From NCBI RefSeq assembly GCF_018350175.1, contig NC_058382.1, forward strand, positions 14,632,001-14,696,000: DNA of 64,000 nt. Direction: 5' to 3'. The notes under the pieces were generated by a model. It had not been told where the DNA came from, made no database searches, and was given only the letters and a program-made list of their open reading frames with translations. This document shows, one piece after another, positions 1 through 26,800 of the stretch. The position numbers and the translations under genes are program-made. The DNA is from Felis catus (Eukaryota). Numbering within the stretch: the first letter of the stretch is position 1; every line of letters begins with the position of its first letter.

Positions 1-954
1 GCTTCTAGAGAGGAGGGAAAGCCCACCCCACTCCCAAAAAGGGAGCATAGGGGAGCACGCTGAGCTCCCCCTGCCACTCACTCAATCCTCTTCTCACAGC
101 ACTCAAGTGCTGAGTTTGGTGGAGGCCCAAACAAGCTCTACAGGCCGGGTCAGGGCGCTCAGTAAAAGGAGGTCCAGTCAAGTGGACAGCAGTGGGATAA
201 GTGGGTCCAATCTAGGCATGTGAAGTATTAGCCAAGTCCTGGGATGCAGCTCAAAAGGAGTTCTGTAATCCCCCTTTAACAGAACTGAAAACAGGCTGGC
301 GGCTCACAGTGGGTTCCAGAACAGGACCAGTGGCAAAGGGTCACTGCACCTCTTGTTTCTTCCCCTCCTCTCCTGCCTTTCCCATCAGGAGCCCTCTGGC
401 TAGCCCTGAAATACTGGGGTCACTGGGCAGAGCTCCAGAGCTCCCTCCAGCTGGGGAGGGCGAGGGACACATCCTAATGGGAAGGGCTCTGTACTCCCAC
501 CTCAGGTGCCCAGGCACCAGAAGATCAGTGAAAGAGACCTTGTAAGGCCCGACATGTCGAGAACTCCCATTTCAGCGTGTGATACCACTAATCACACTTA
601 CTAGGAGTCAAGTGCTATTCTGGGTCCACACGCTTATTAAGTCATTTGATTCTCCCTACAGTCCCAGGGCAGGTGTTGTTCTTTACAGCACAGGAAACAG
701 AGGTCCAGGCATGTTAAGTAACTTGGCTGAGGCACTGCTGGCAGGCTAACCACTCATAAAGTAGACCATGGATGGGTCGGGGGACCCACTCCTATGGGAG
801 GAACTTGCAGAAGGCACTCTNNNNNNNNNNNNNNNNNNNNNNNNNNNNNNNNNNNNNNNNNNNNNNNNNNNNNNNNNNNNNNNNNNNNNNNNNNNNNNNN
901 NNNNNNNNNNNNNNNNNNNNNNNNNNNNNNNNNNNNNNNNNNNNNNNNNNNNGG

Positions 955-14987
<14,033 letters not shown>

Positions 14988-15888
14988 CTTCTGCTCTTGC
15001 AGGAAAAGACGGCCTCAGTGCGTCCCCCAAACAGCAACCCCACCCCTGCCTCGGTTTCCCCGCCGGTTCCCGGAGAGAAAAAAAAAATCCCTCAGCGCAC
15101 TTCCGGCAGCCTGGTTCTGGCAAGGGTGAACCCGAAAGGCTACCCCTTAAGCTATCTGCTACACCTTCCGTGTCCCGGAATCCGGTCTCTAAAGCCTCCC
15201 TATGCCCCGGCGACCCCCGGTCCTGCCACCACGGCGTCCTACCCACCCCTCACCGCTCCGGTTCCACCTCAACCTTCGGTACCAGCAGCTGTTCACACGA
15301 CGCCTGGCTGGGACTGATGTGCCCTCTCGCGAGAACCTACGCGTCGACCTCGCTTAACGCGAGATTTCCGGGGCTAGTCCCCGGCGACGCACTTCCAGGA
15401 CGCCATCTTGAAAGTGGCAGATCCGGCTCAATGTAGAGCATGGAGCCGACATCTTGGGAGGGTCAAAGAGGAAGGATGGTTACTCCCCTTCTGGACGCCA
15501 CTTCCAACCGGGAATTCGTGTTTGAATTTAATAGTGTGGTGTGCCAAGCTGTGAAGAGGCAGGGAATGACCAAATAACAATGAGTTAGCAAATAAATCAG
15601 ACTTTATCTCCTACCTCCAAAACATTCCTCGGAGGTAAGTACCCCCATTTTGCTGACAAGGAAACTGAAGCTCAGAAAATAAACTGGACAGGGGCAGACC
15701 TAAGACTCCTTCCCCCAAGTTTGAGTGACTCTTAAAACTCTTGTTTTCCTTTACAAATCCCGAAGTTTAAATCAATGTGAATTTACATATTAGTAATTAT
15801 TTGTCAGACAGATGACAAAGAGGACCAGGCATGATGAGATAAGGATAAGAAAAATTCACTCGATGAAGAGGGAAAAAATGAGAAACTT

Positions 15889-16090
15889 TTTAAAAAGTGT
15901 TTTTATTTTTGACAGAGAGAGCGCGCGCGCGAGCATGAGTCGGGGAGGGAGAGGGAGACACAAAATGTGAAGCAGGCTCCACGCTCTGAGCTGTTAGCAC
16001 AGAGCCGGATGCAGGGCTCGAACTCACCGACCAGGAGATCATGACCTGAGCCAAAGTTGGACGCTCAACCGACTGAGCCACCCAGGCACC
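15889..16090 (-). mobile_element. CAN-SINE
   Basis: Reverse-oriented head at about 16090 and tail at about 15889-15910; flanked by AGAAACTTTTAAAA-like repeats. Confidence 0.85.
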
Positions 16091-16699
16091 GCGCCCCCCC
16101 CCCCCAAATCAGAAACTTTTAAAACACATTGCTAAAATTTCTTGCATAAGCATTGAGACACCTGGATTCAGTTTACAGAAATTTAATATGCACCTGGTTA
16201 CAGAGTAAGATGGTGTGGTCAGGCCAACAGTGGGCTCACAAGACACTATCAGGGAATGAATACACCACAGGTGTGTCTGTGTGAGCACACACTCCTTGAT
16301 CCAACAATCTCAGCCTGAACCCAAGACAGACTGGGGAGGGGCTGGTCATTCTATGAAAATGTTTTCCCTTCTATGAGCTTGGTCCCCACATGTTTATACA
16401 TATTTAATAATTAGGCTTCATGCGTCTAGTGGAGCCCAATGCAGGGCTTGAACTCGTGATCCTGAGATCAACAGTTGGACATGCAACTGACTGAGCCACC
16501 CAGGTGCCCCCAAGTTTGATTCTTTTAAACACCAGCTCTTTAAAATAGGATCCCACATGTAAAATGCCTATTGACACTGCTGCAGAAAGCTATTTACTCC
16601 AGGAAAGTGAGGGAGCAGTAATTTTCTCCTCGTAGAAGGTTCTTCCTTGGTGTCTCAGTGGTTCTCAACCCTACCACTATGTAAGAATATGTAAGAAGA

Positions 16700-17135
16700 T
16701 AGAAGAGAGATGTGCGATAGCCCCAAAGTGGAAACAACCCAATGTCCACCATGAGGAGAATGGATAAACCAATTCGGGTGCATTCATACCATGGAATAGT
16801 AACAAACTGCTGATATGCACGTGAGTGAATCTCAAAAACATCATGCTGAGTGAAAGAAGCCAGACACTAGAATATGTATAGTATGATTCCGTTCATATGA
16901 ATCTCTAGAGGAGGCAAAGCTAATTCTATACAGACAGGAAGCAGATTAATGGATGTCTACGACTGGACGTGAAGACTGGGAAGGGGCATAAAGGATGATG
17001 CTTTGGGGTGATGGAAATGTGGCTGTGTGTATATATTTGTCAGAACTCATTGAAATGCACGTTTAAAACGTATGCTTTTTACTGTATACAAATTACACAT
17101 CAATAAAGTTGTATTTTCAATAAAGTTGATTTTCA
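16700..17135 (+). mobile_element. Old LINE-1 3' end fragment, apparently interrupting a MER5-like hAT DNA-transposon relic (about 16655-16695 and 17145-17250)
   Basis: L1M 3'UTR hallmarks (CCCCAAAGTGGAAACAACCCAATGTCC, ATGGATAAAC, CATGCTGAGTGAAAGAAGCCAGAC, CAATAAAGTT); flanks resemble MER5 (CAGTGGTTCTCAAC...). Confidence 0.65.
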
Positions 17136-17587
17136 AACTATAGCTGTTCAGGATGCACCAGAGACCAATTATCAACATCTAGCCTAGCCATCAGTGTCAC
17201 CCGAAAGCTCTCCAGATGGTAATTATTTGCAGCCACGGACATGAGGCACAAGACTCTCCCTGTCCTGTAGGGGTGGGGTGAGGTTGGAAGACACCTGTGC
17301 AATGCTTTGTCCCTTCCTGAAAGAGGAGAGAGGAGGGAGTACCTCAGATGGAGAAGAGGGGCAGGTGGGGGCCAATTTACCTCACCCCCTACCCCTGTAG
17401 GTCAGAGACTTCAGGCTTCAGATTTTCCTCCTTCTCTCTTCCCCTTGGTTCCATGGGCTCCAGATGGGGGCCTCTGGCCCAGAAGGAGAAGGCTTTGGAT
17501 TGGCAGCTGGGACTGGAGACCAAGTGCCCTCTGTCTCACACCTCCCGGGCCCTCCAGCAGTACTAGGGAGTCTGTGTCCTCCCAGGC

Positions 17588-17842
17588 TCATGCTGAGGGC
17601 AGGTGCCTAGCACAAGCCCCCTGTAATAACTCCAAGAGCTTGGCCAGAAAGAGGGGCACGGGTCTCTGGGGATGTCCTTCACAGGGTGGACAAGGACCCT
17701 GGCCGGTCACCCACAGCCGGGACCCCAATGCATCCAGCAAACGCTGTAGCCGGAACACAGCAATCCCCATGGATCGGCCCTCTTCGAACTGGATCACAGA
17801 AAGCTCCAGCCGGAAGCATCCCAGAGTCTCAGCAGGACAAAC
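17588..17842 (-). CDS. IL15L: IL15L coding exon 3 (helices B, C, D)
   Basis: Acceptor ccccacAG|GTT; 84 codons plus TGA; equals the C-terminal part of track ORF 17588..18052(-). Confidence 0.9.
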   Translation of the reverse strand, partial: VCPAETLGCFRLELSVIQFEEGRSMGIAVFRLQRLLDALGSRLWVTGQGPCPPCEGHPQRPVPLFLAKLLELLQGACARHLPSA

Positions 17843-19023
17843 CTGTGGGGACAGAGTGACTTGGTGTCTCTGGGCAAGGGTCTGATCCCAAATCCCCAAA
17901 CCTAGGGTTTCTGAATTATGTCCTGGCATAAGCCCCTTCACCTCTTTGGGCCTCAGTTTCCTCATCTGTAAAACAGAACTCTGAATAATCCCTATCTTCA
18001 GGGATGATGCTAGCCTATACTGTCTGTGCCTGTGTAAGTTAGAAAATGACACTTCTTGGGGCGCATGGGTGGCTCAGTCGGTTAAGCATTCAACTTCGGC
18101 TCAGGTCCATGACCTTGTGGTCCGTGAGTTCGAGCCCCGCCTTAGGCTCTATGCTGACTGCTCAGAGCCTGGAGCCTGCTTCAGATTCTGTGTTTCTCTT
18201 TCTCTGCCCCTCTCTCAAGAAAGAATAAACGTTAAAAAAAATTAAAAACAATAAACTTTTAAAAAATAAAACAGTACTCCTTAAAACACTTCCAAGTGCT
18301 GATTTTGTCGGAACAAGATATTTCATTGCCATCTACCGGAAATTGACAAAAATATCCAGGATGTGGATGCTGACCTTGCTGTGGGATTCTTGTGCAGCGT
18401 CCATCCTTCACATCCATACACGGTGGCCCTATCTACCTCATAGGGTCAGTGTGAAGACTAAGTAAGCTAATATAGTTAAAGCGTTTAGACCAGTACCTGG
18501 CAGGGTGAGCACTATTAAAAATGTCGCTATCATCATCAGTATCTGTTGTTAGGTGCCAGATGCTGTTCTTGGCGTGGGAGACAGCAGCGAACGAAATGTA
18601 TTTGTGATGGCTGGGAGCTGGGTCAGCAGCTGGACAGCCAGAACACCAGCCTGCTGCCTCCTGCCCCAAACATACATGTGTTCTCAGCCTAGTGGAATTT
18701 CCCTAAATTTCCAACTCCAAGTAAAAAGCTAATGAAATACTCACCGAGAGATCATCAGGGGTGTAGAGAGTGCCATCATTTTTGTTTCCCTACAATTGGG
18801 GGCAGGGAACAGAATCAGATCTTGGAAGGGAGAGCCTGACCTTTCCTCGAACGTGCCCCACACCCTACCGCCTCCCTGCCTGTCTGCTGGCTCTCCCCTC
18901 CATCTTCCTCACCAGCATCTTCATGATGGCAACAAGGAAGTAGAAAGGCTCCCGAGGGCAGAGGGGTGATCCTAGGCCTCCCAAGGGCCGTACCAGCAGA
19001 AGGATGGTCCAGAGAGGCCACAT
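17588..19023 (-). CDS. IL15L: Interleukin-15-like cytokine (IL-2/IL-15/IL-15L family), intact 136-aa ORF in three coding exons
   Basis: Exons 19023-18913 (MWPLWTILLLVRPLGGLGSPLCPREPFYFLVAIMKML), 18789-18745 (GNKNDGTLYTPDDLS), 17842-17588 (VCPAETLGCFRLELSVIQFEEGRSMGIAVFRLQRLLDALGSRLWVTGQGPCPPCEGHPQRPVPLFLAKLLELLQGACARHLPSA*). Both introns are phase 0 with GT..AG ends. The DxTLYT, C-x6-CFxxEL and CxxCE motifs align with IL-15. The position between RPS16/PLEKHG2 and SUPT5H matches the IL15L locus as I recall it. Confidence 0.9.
18058..18270 (+). mobile_element. CAN-SINE in the intron between IL15L coding exons 2 and 3
   Basis: Head GGGGCGCATGGGTGGCTCAG and A-rich tail. Confidence 0.85.
18745..18789 (-). 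CDS. IL15L: IL15L coding exon 2 (AB loop, LYTP motif)
   Basis: 45 nt, tAG|GGA...TCG|GTGAGT, encodes GNKNDGTLYTPDDLS. Confidence 0.88.
18913..19023 (-). CDS. IL15L: IL15L coding exon 1 (signal peptide and helix A)
   Basis: ATG at 19023; 37 codons; donor CTG|GTGAGG; hydrophobic leader WPLWTILLLV. An upstream acceptor (cttcttgcttccAG|G) puts the exon start at 19071. Confidence 0.88.
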
Positions 19024-19090
19024 GGGCACCCTGCCCACCCCCCAGGCCTTTTCTGGTCCCAGCCCAGGGTCCTGGAAGCAAGAAGTACAG

Positions 19091-19305
19091 GAACACTTGA
19101 GTGGCTCTGTCGGTTAAGTGTCCGGCTCTTGGTTTTGGCTCAGGTCATGATCTCACAGTTCACGGAACAGAGCCAGTGTTGGGTTTGTACGCTGACAAGC
19201 TCGGAACCTGCTTGGGATTCTCTCTCTCCCTCTCCCTCTGCCCCTCCCCCACCACGCACGTGCGCACAGGCAGTCTCTCTCAAAATAAGTAAGCAACAAC
19301 AAAAA
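19091..19305 (+). mobile_element. CAN-SINE directly upstream of the IL15L first coding exon acceptor
   Basis: TSD AAGAAGTACAG at 19080-19090 and 19306-19316. Confidence 0.85.
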
Positions 19306-19719
19306 AAGAAGTACAGAGAGATAAAGCAAGCTGGAAGACTGAAGTGTCCTGTCCCCTTCCTGTCCATCTCCACTCAACCCACAGATACTCAGGGAATGTT
19401 CTTCAAGAGGCCAGGGAAGATGGTGACCCTAGAGTAGGCCCCAGGTCACAGGCCTCCCTGACACCTCTCCCCCACTCCCCACAGGAAGATATAAGACTGA
19501 GCAAGGGTGAGAGGATCAGGCTAGAGAGATTGGAGGGTTGGGAAGTCCCGTCCCCACCCTCCCCACCGCCCCAAGAGATCTATCAGGCAGTACAGCATGT
19601 GAGTGCGTGTGAATCCTGTGGCCTATCTTCTCAGTGGGAAACACCTATGCTAGGCTTTAGACATATTTGCAGGTGTATATTTGGGGGGGGAGTCCTTGCT
19701 CTCTTTTCTACTTCTAGTT

Positions 19720-19936
19720 CTTTTTTCTTTTTTCAATAAATGTTTATTCATTTTTGGGAGAGAGAGGAGAGAGAATGAGAGGGGGAGGGGCAGAGAGAAA
19801 GAGAGGGGGACAGAGAACCTGAAGCGGGTTCTGTGCTGACAGCCACAAGCCTGATGGAGGGCTCGAACGCAGGAACCGTGAGATCATGACCTGAGCTGCA
19901 GTCAGACACTCAACCAACTGAGCCACCCAGTGCCCC
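19720..19936 (-). mobile_element. CAN-SINE
   Basis: Reverse head at about 19936; TSD about TCTACTTCTA. Confidence 0.85.
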
Positions 19937-21269
19937 TCTACTTCTATTTCTGTATCAAGTACTGTATTTCTGTATTTCAAACATCTTGAAATCTCCATGC
20001 TTGTCTGTACCTGTCTGTCTTCTTTCTCTGAGGGCTGGTCTCTCTGCCTCCGAATCGCCGTCACTTGTGTTTTCTGGGTCCATCTGTAATTGATCTTCTG
20101 TCTACCTTCTTTCTCCTCTTCTCTATCGGCCCCTTCTTTGTCTTTCTCCTTCATGTGTGTCCGTCCCTCTCTTGTGCTGTGTATCTGCGTGTGTGTCCTC
20201 CCAGGTCAGCCTCTGGATGCTCCCTTCCTTCACCTCTCCCCTCTCCCAGCCTTTTGGAGCTGGACTCTGGGCTGGAGGATCCTCCCTCCTGCCACAGACC
20301 CACCTACCAATCTCCACCCTGTCTCCATTTTCCAGGCACCAGGTAAGCGACCCTTTGAACCTTGAACCTCGGATTCTGCTGCCAGGGAAACTTTAGAAAC
20401 TGTGGGCCCTCTGCAGCCCTGATAAAGAACCCTTTTGACTGGGAAAGGAGTATCCTGTGTGTGGAGGGGGGGAGCCAAGGGGAACCCAATCCTGAGATTC
20501 CTCAGATGGGATTGGGGGGACTGGGGATGGAGAATACTATGGGGAAGGAGCCTGGAGAGTTGGGTGATTTGGGGGAGTGAAGAGATGATTTGAAGGACCC
20601 CAGAGAAAGAGGGATTTTAGGGTAGAGACCTTGAAGAGGCGGAATCTGGAGGGAGGGTCTCTAAGAAGTGGAGAATTCTGGGAGAGGGAAATTCCAGGGG
20701 AGGCAGTTGCTGGTTAGAGGACGCGCTGAAGGAAACGGAATTCTTAGGAAAGGTAGATTCTGAAGGAGGGGGGTCTGAAAGGGAGAGAAAACTTGTGAAA
20801 GGAGATTCTGGCGGGGACGTTCTGGGAAAAGTGGACTGCGGGCAGTGGGAGATTCTGGGGCCCTTGAGTGGAGGAAGATTCAGAGAAAGAGGGGGGGGTC
20901 TGGTTGAGGGCTCTGAAGAGGAGAGTTCTGGGGGGGGGGAGGCGGAAACTTAAAACGGAAGGAAATTCTGGTGAAAGGTAGATTCTGGGGGAAGGGCTCT
21001 AAAAGGATTAAAAACATTCTGGGAGAGAATTCTCGAAGGAGGTGGGTTCTGAATCCTGAATCTGGGAATCCTGGCTGATTTCCTGCTGTGGGTTCCGTAG
21101 GTGAGATTCCGATGGAGGAGGATTTGGGGAGAAGAGTGTCTAGAGGGCAGGGTGGAGTGTACAGGGGAGGATGATTGCTAGACATGGGGGGCTAAGAAGG
21201 GCCCTTTCCAGAGGGTGAAAAGCGACATTTTGGGTGGAAGAAGTGGAGGGAGAGTATTAAAGAGCCGAA

Positions 21270-24351
<3,082 letters not shown>

Positions 24352-24382
24352 ACCAATTGTGAGGATTAGGGTTCACCTTTAT

Positions 24383-24388
24383 AATAAA
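24383..24388 (+). terminator. RPS16 polyadenylation signal AATAAA
   Basis: AATAAA about 30 nt after the stop codon, followed by a GT-rich element at about 24420-24450. Confidence 0.85.
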
Positions 24389-26628
24389 CAATTGTCACGG
24401 GACTTCAGGTTTCAAGGACTGTGCTGTGGTCGTTTTGTGGTGGGTCTTTGACTAAAAGAAATGCGAGAAACAGCCCGGCTCACTGCCGGTCTGGATTGTA
24501 AGGCTTTCCAGTGTTTTCAGAAGACACCACGCCTGGGTTAGTGTGGGTGGGTGGGGAGGCGGCGGGGGGGGGGGGGGGCGCCAAGCTTGAGACCCAGTCT
24601 CCCCGCGCTTGTAGTAGAGTCCAGCGTGCGGGCACCGTGGAGGCGGGGTGGTTCTAGGCCATTGGTTGTGTGGGGTGTCCTCATGAGTTGTTTTTTTTAG
24701 TCCTTTTGCTGCTATTGTGGTGGCGTGTCAGGGAGTAGCGGGGGAAATGTGTAAGATCAGTAAACATTAATAGAAACTTGGGTGCAGCCTGAAGTCGACT
24801 AGTAGGGCCGTGATTGGATTGGGAAGGGATCTTTCCTAATGCCAGTCTGTAGGTAGGTAGACTCGAGATGTGGGAGGGGTGGGATCCTTCTGACTGGCTT
24901 CATCAGGATGTCAATGCTACCTCCCGGGGAAGGGCCCCCCGTGGCCTCTTGAAAGCAGGTCCCGATGACACTCATTGCAGCAACTGCCTTTACTGGGCTC
25001 AGAATGTGGGTCTGAGGACTTGTTCATCTGTTGCGCCTGCCACGTAGTAAGAGCCAACATATTGTAGGCTCTCCATTGCTACCACTGGGCTACACGGTAT
25101 TTCCGTTGTCGAAAGTTCTGTGGACAGCACTGGTGTATGTTTAAGGAAGCAAAATGTTGCTCGTGGATTCAGTTACTTTTGGTTTTCCCTCCCCATTTTT
25201 ACAGTGAAGCTAATGAGCTTCATTGGGTGGGAAGGGCATCTCTGCCCCATCAGCCCTTGCAGCCAGCCTGGACACCTCAGCCATCTGTCCCCAGGCAGGG
25301 TCCCGCGTGCTCCCCCTGCTGGGGGTACTGGCGAGAACAGCGTACGGCATCTGGACGTTGATGGAGAGGGGAAAATTTTAACAATTTTTTCATGAAAGAA
25401 GGAACTTGAAACGTATTGACCAGTTGTCTTTTCGGTACGTGCCCCACGCCATCTAGTAGTCACGTGCAGCTGGCAAACTGGGCAGCGCAGATGAGAGAAC
25501 GCTGCTGCCGTCGAGGAAAATTGGACTGGACGCGGCACCGATGTGTGGGGAGCGTATGCAAATAGCGTTTCTTACAGATGGACGGTGGGGTTGATTGGTA
25601 CCAACCAAGCGCCAGGCTAAGCATTGTTAGGTATACTTGACGACGTCCTCGTGAGGTGGCTGACAGGCTGGTGTCTAAATGTTAGGTAAGAAGATTAGCC
25701 TAGTGGCCATGTAACTGCAGCTCATCAAGTGTAAATTGCAGCCGTAGTTAACGGGTTTGGATGGCATTAACCGAAATGTCCTGGAGAGGGCAGGAGGCCA
25801 CCACCCTTGCACTTTGAGCCTGATCGGTAGCTCTAAAGACGCCTGGGCTTACAGTGGACGAGCAACGAAGGTGTTCCTGAGGAGGTGTCGGAGCTGGGGC
25901 TGTGAAGCAGGTAGGAGGCAGGCAGGTGGGAGTAATGGAGGGGGGCGGTCAGGGGTCAGGTGGGGCTTAAGCAAGCCTGGTGTCCCTGGTTTCCTACAGG
26001 GTTCAGAGACCCCCTTACAAGACTCCTGGCTCCCTGCCAGAGGCACAGCTGGGATGCATCTTGCATCTGGAAATGCTAAGGGGGCTCGCCTCTCTTTCCC
26101 CACTTCAGGCTTTGGAGGAGACGGCCCCTTTCTCCCTCCCTGCCGCCTCCTCAAATACCGGGAATTCCGGCGCCACTGGGAGCCCAGGCCAGGCTGAGAA
26201 CTTTCCTTCAGCTGGGAATGTGCAGCTGGGGGTGGAGGAGGGGAGGGCCAGAGTCCTGACCCTGGCGAGGCTGCGGTGCAGTAGGCCCAGGCCACTCAGC
26301 CCAGGCCCTAGTGTATGGCCCAGTAACCAATAAATAAATACCAGAAGCCAGCAGCTAATACTGAGCCAGGCTCTGGGATACTTTACTCCGCCAAGAATCA
26401 CCTGGAGCCCCTGGTGCACTAGGCTGCAAGCCCTGTTCTGGTAGGGAAGGGTTTTCTTGAACCAGGCCTGGCACAGGATAGACACTCAACAGCTCAGAGC
26501 ATGGACTCAGGCTACGTGGCGTGGATCTGAGTTCCAACTCTGTCCCTTAGCAATGCGACTGAGCAAATCCCTTATTCTCTATGCCTCTGTTTCCTCATCT
26601 CCACAGTGAGGATCAGAAACCATCCTGT

Positions 26629-26800
26629 GGCACACGGGCGGCTCACTTGGTTAAGCATGTGACTCTTGATCTCAGCTCAGGTCATGACCTGGTTCGTCGG
26701 TTCGAGCCCTGCGTCGGGGTCCACATTGACAGTGCGGAACCGGCTTGGGACACTGACTTCCTCTGCTCTCTCTCAAAAAAAATATATAAAAACTTAAAGA
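26629..26800 (+). mobile_element. CAN-SINE inside a MIR-like relic
   Basis: TSD AGAAACCATCCT; flanks contain the MIR core (CTCTGTTTCCTCATCT). Confidence 0.7.

Noticed and set aside
17843-18052. N-terminal 70 aa of track ORF 17588..18052(-)
   Set aside because: Intronic MIR-like sequence (the QMRKLRP translation is typical of MIR) that happens to be in frame; the real exon starts at the acceptor at 17842.
18815-19096. Track ORF 18815..19096(-), 93 aa
   Set aside because: Alternative frame over IL15L coding exon 1; only the ATG-19023 frame gives a signal peptide and splices in phase.
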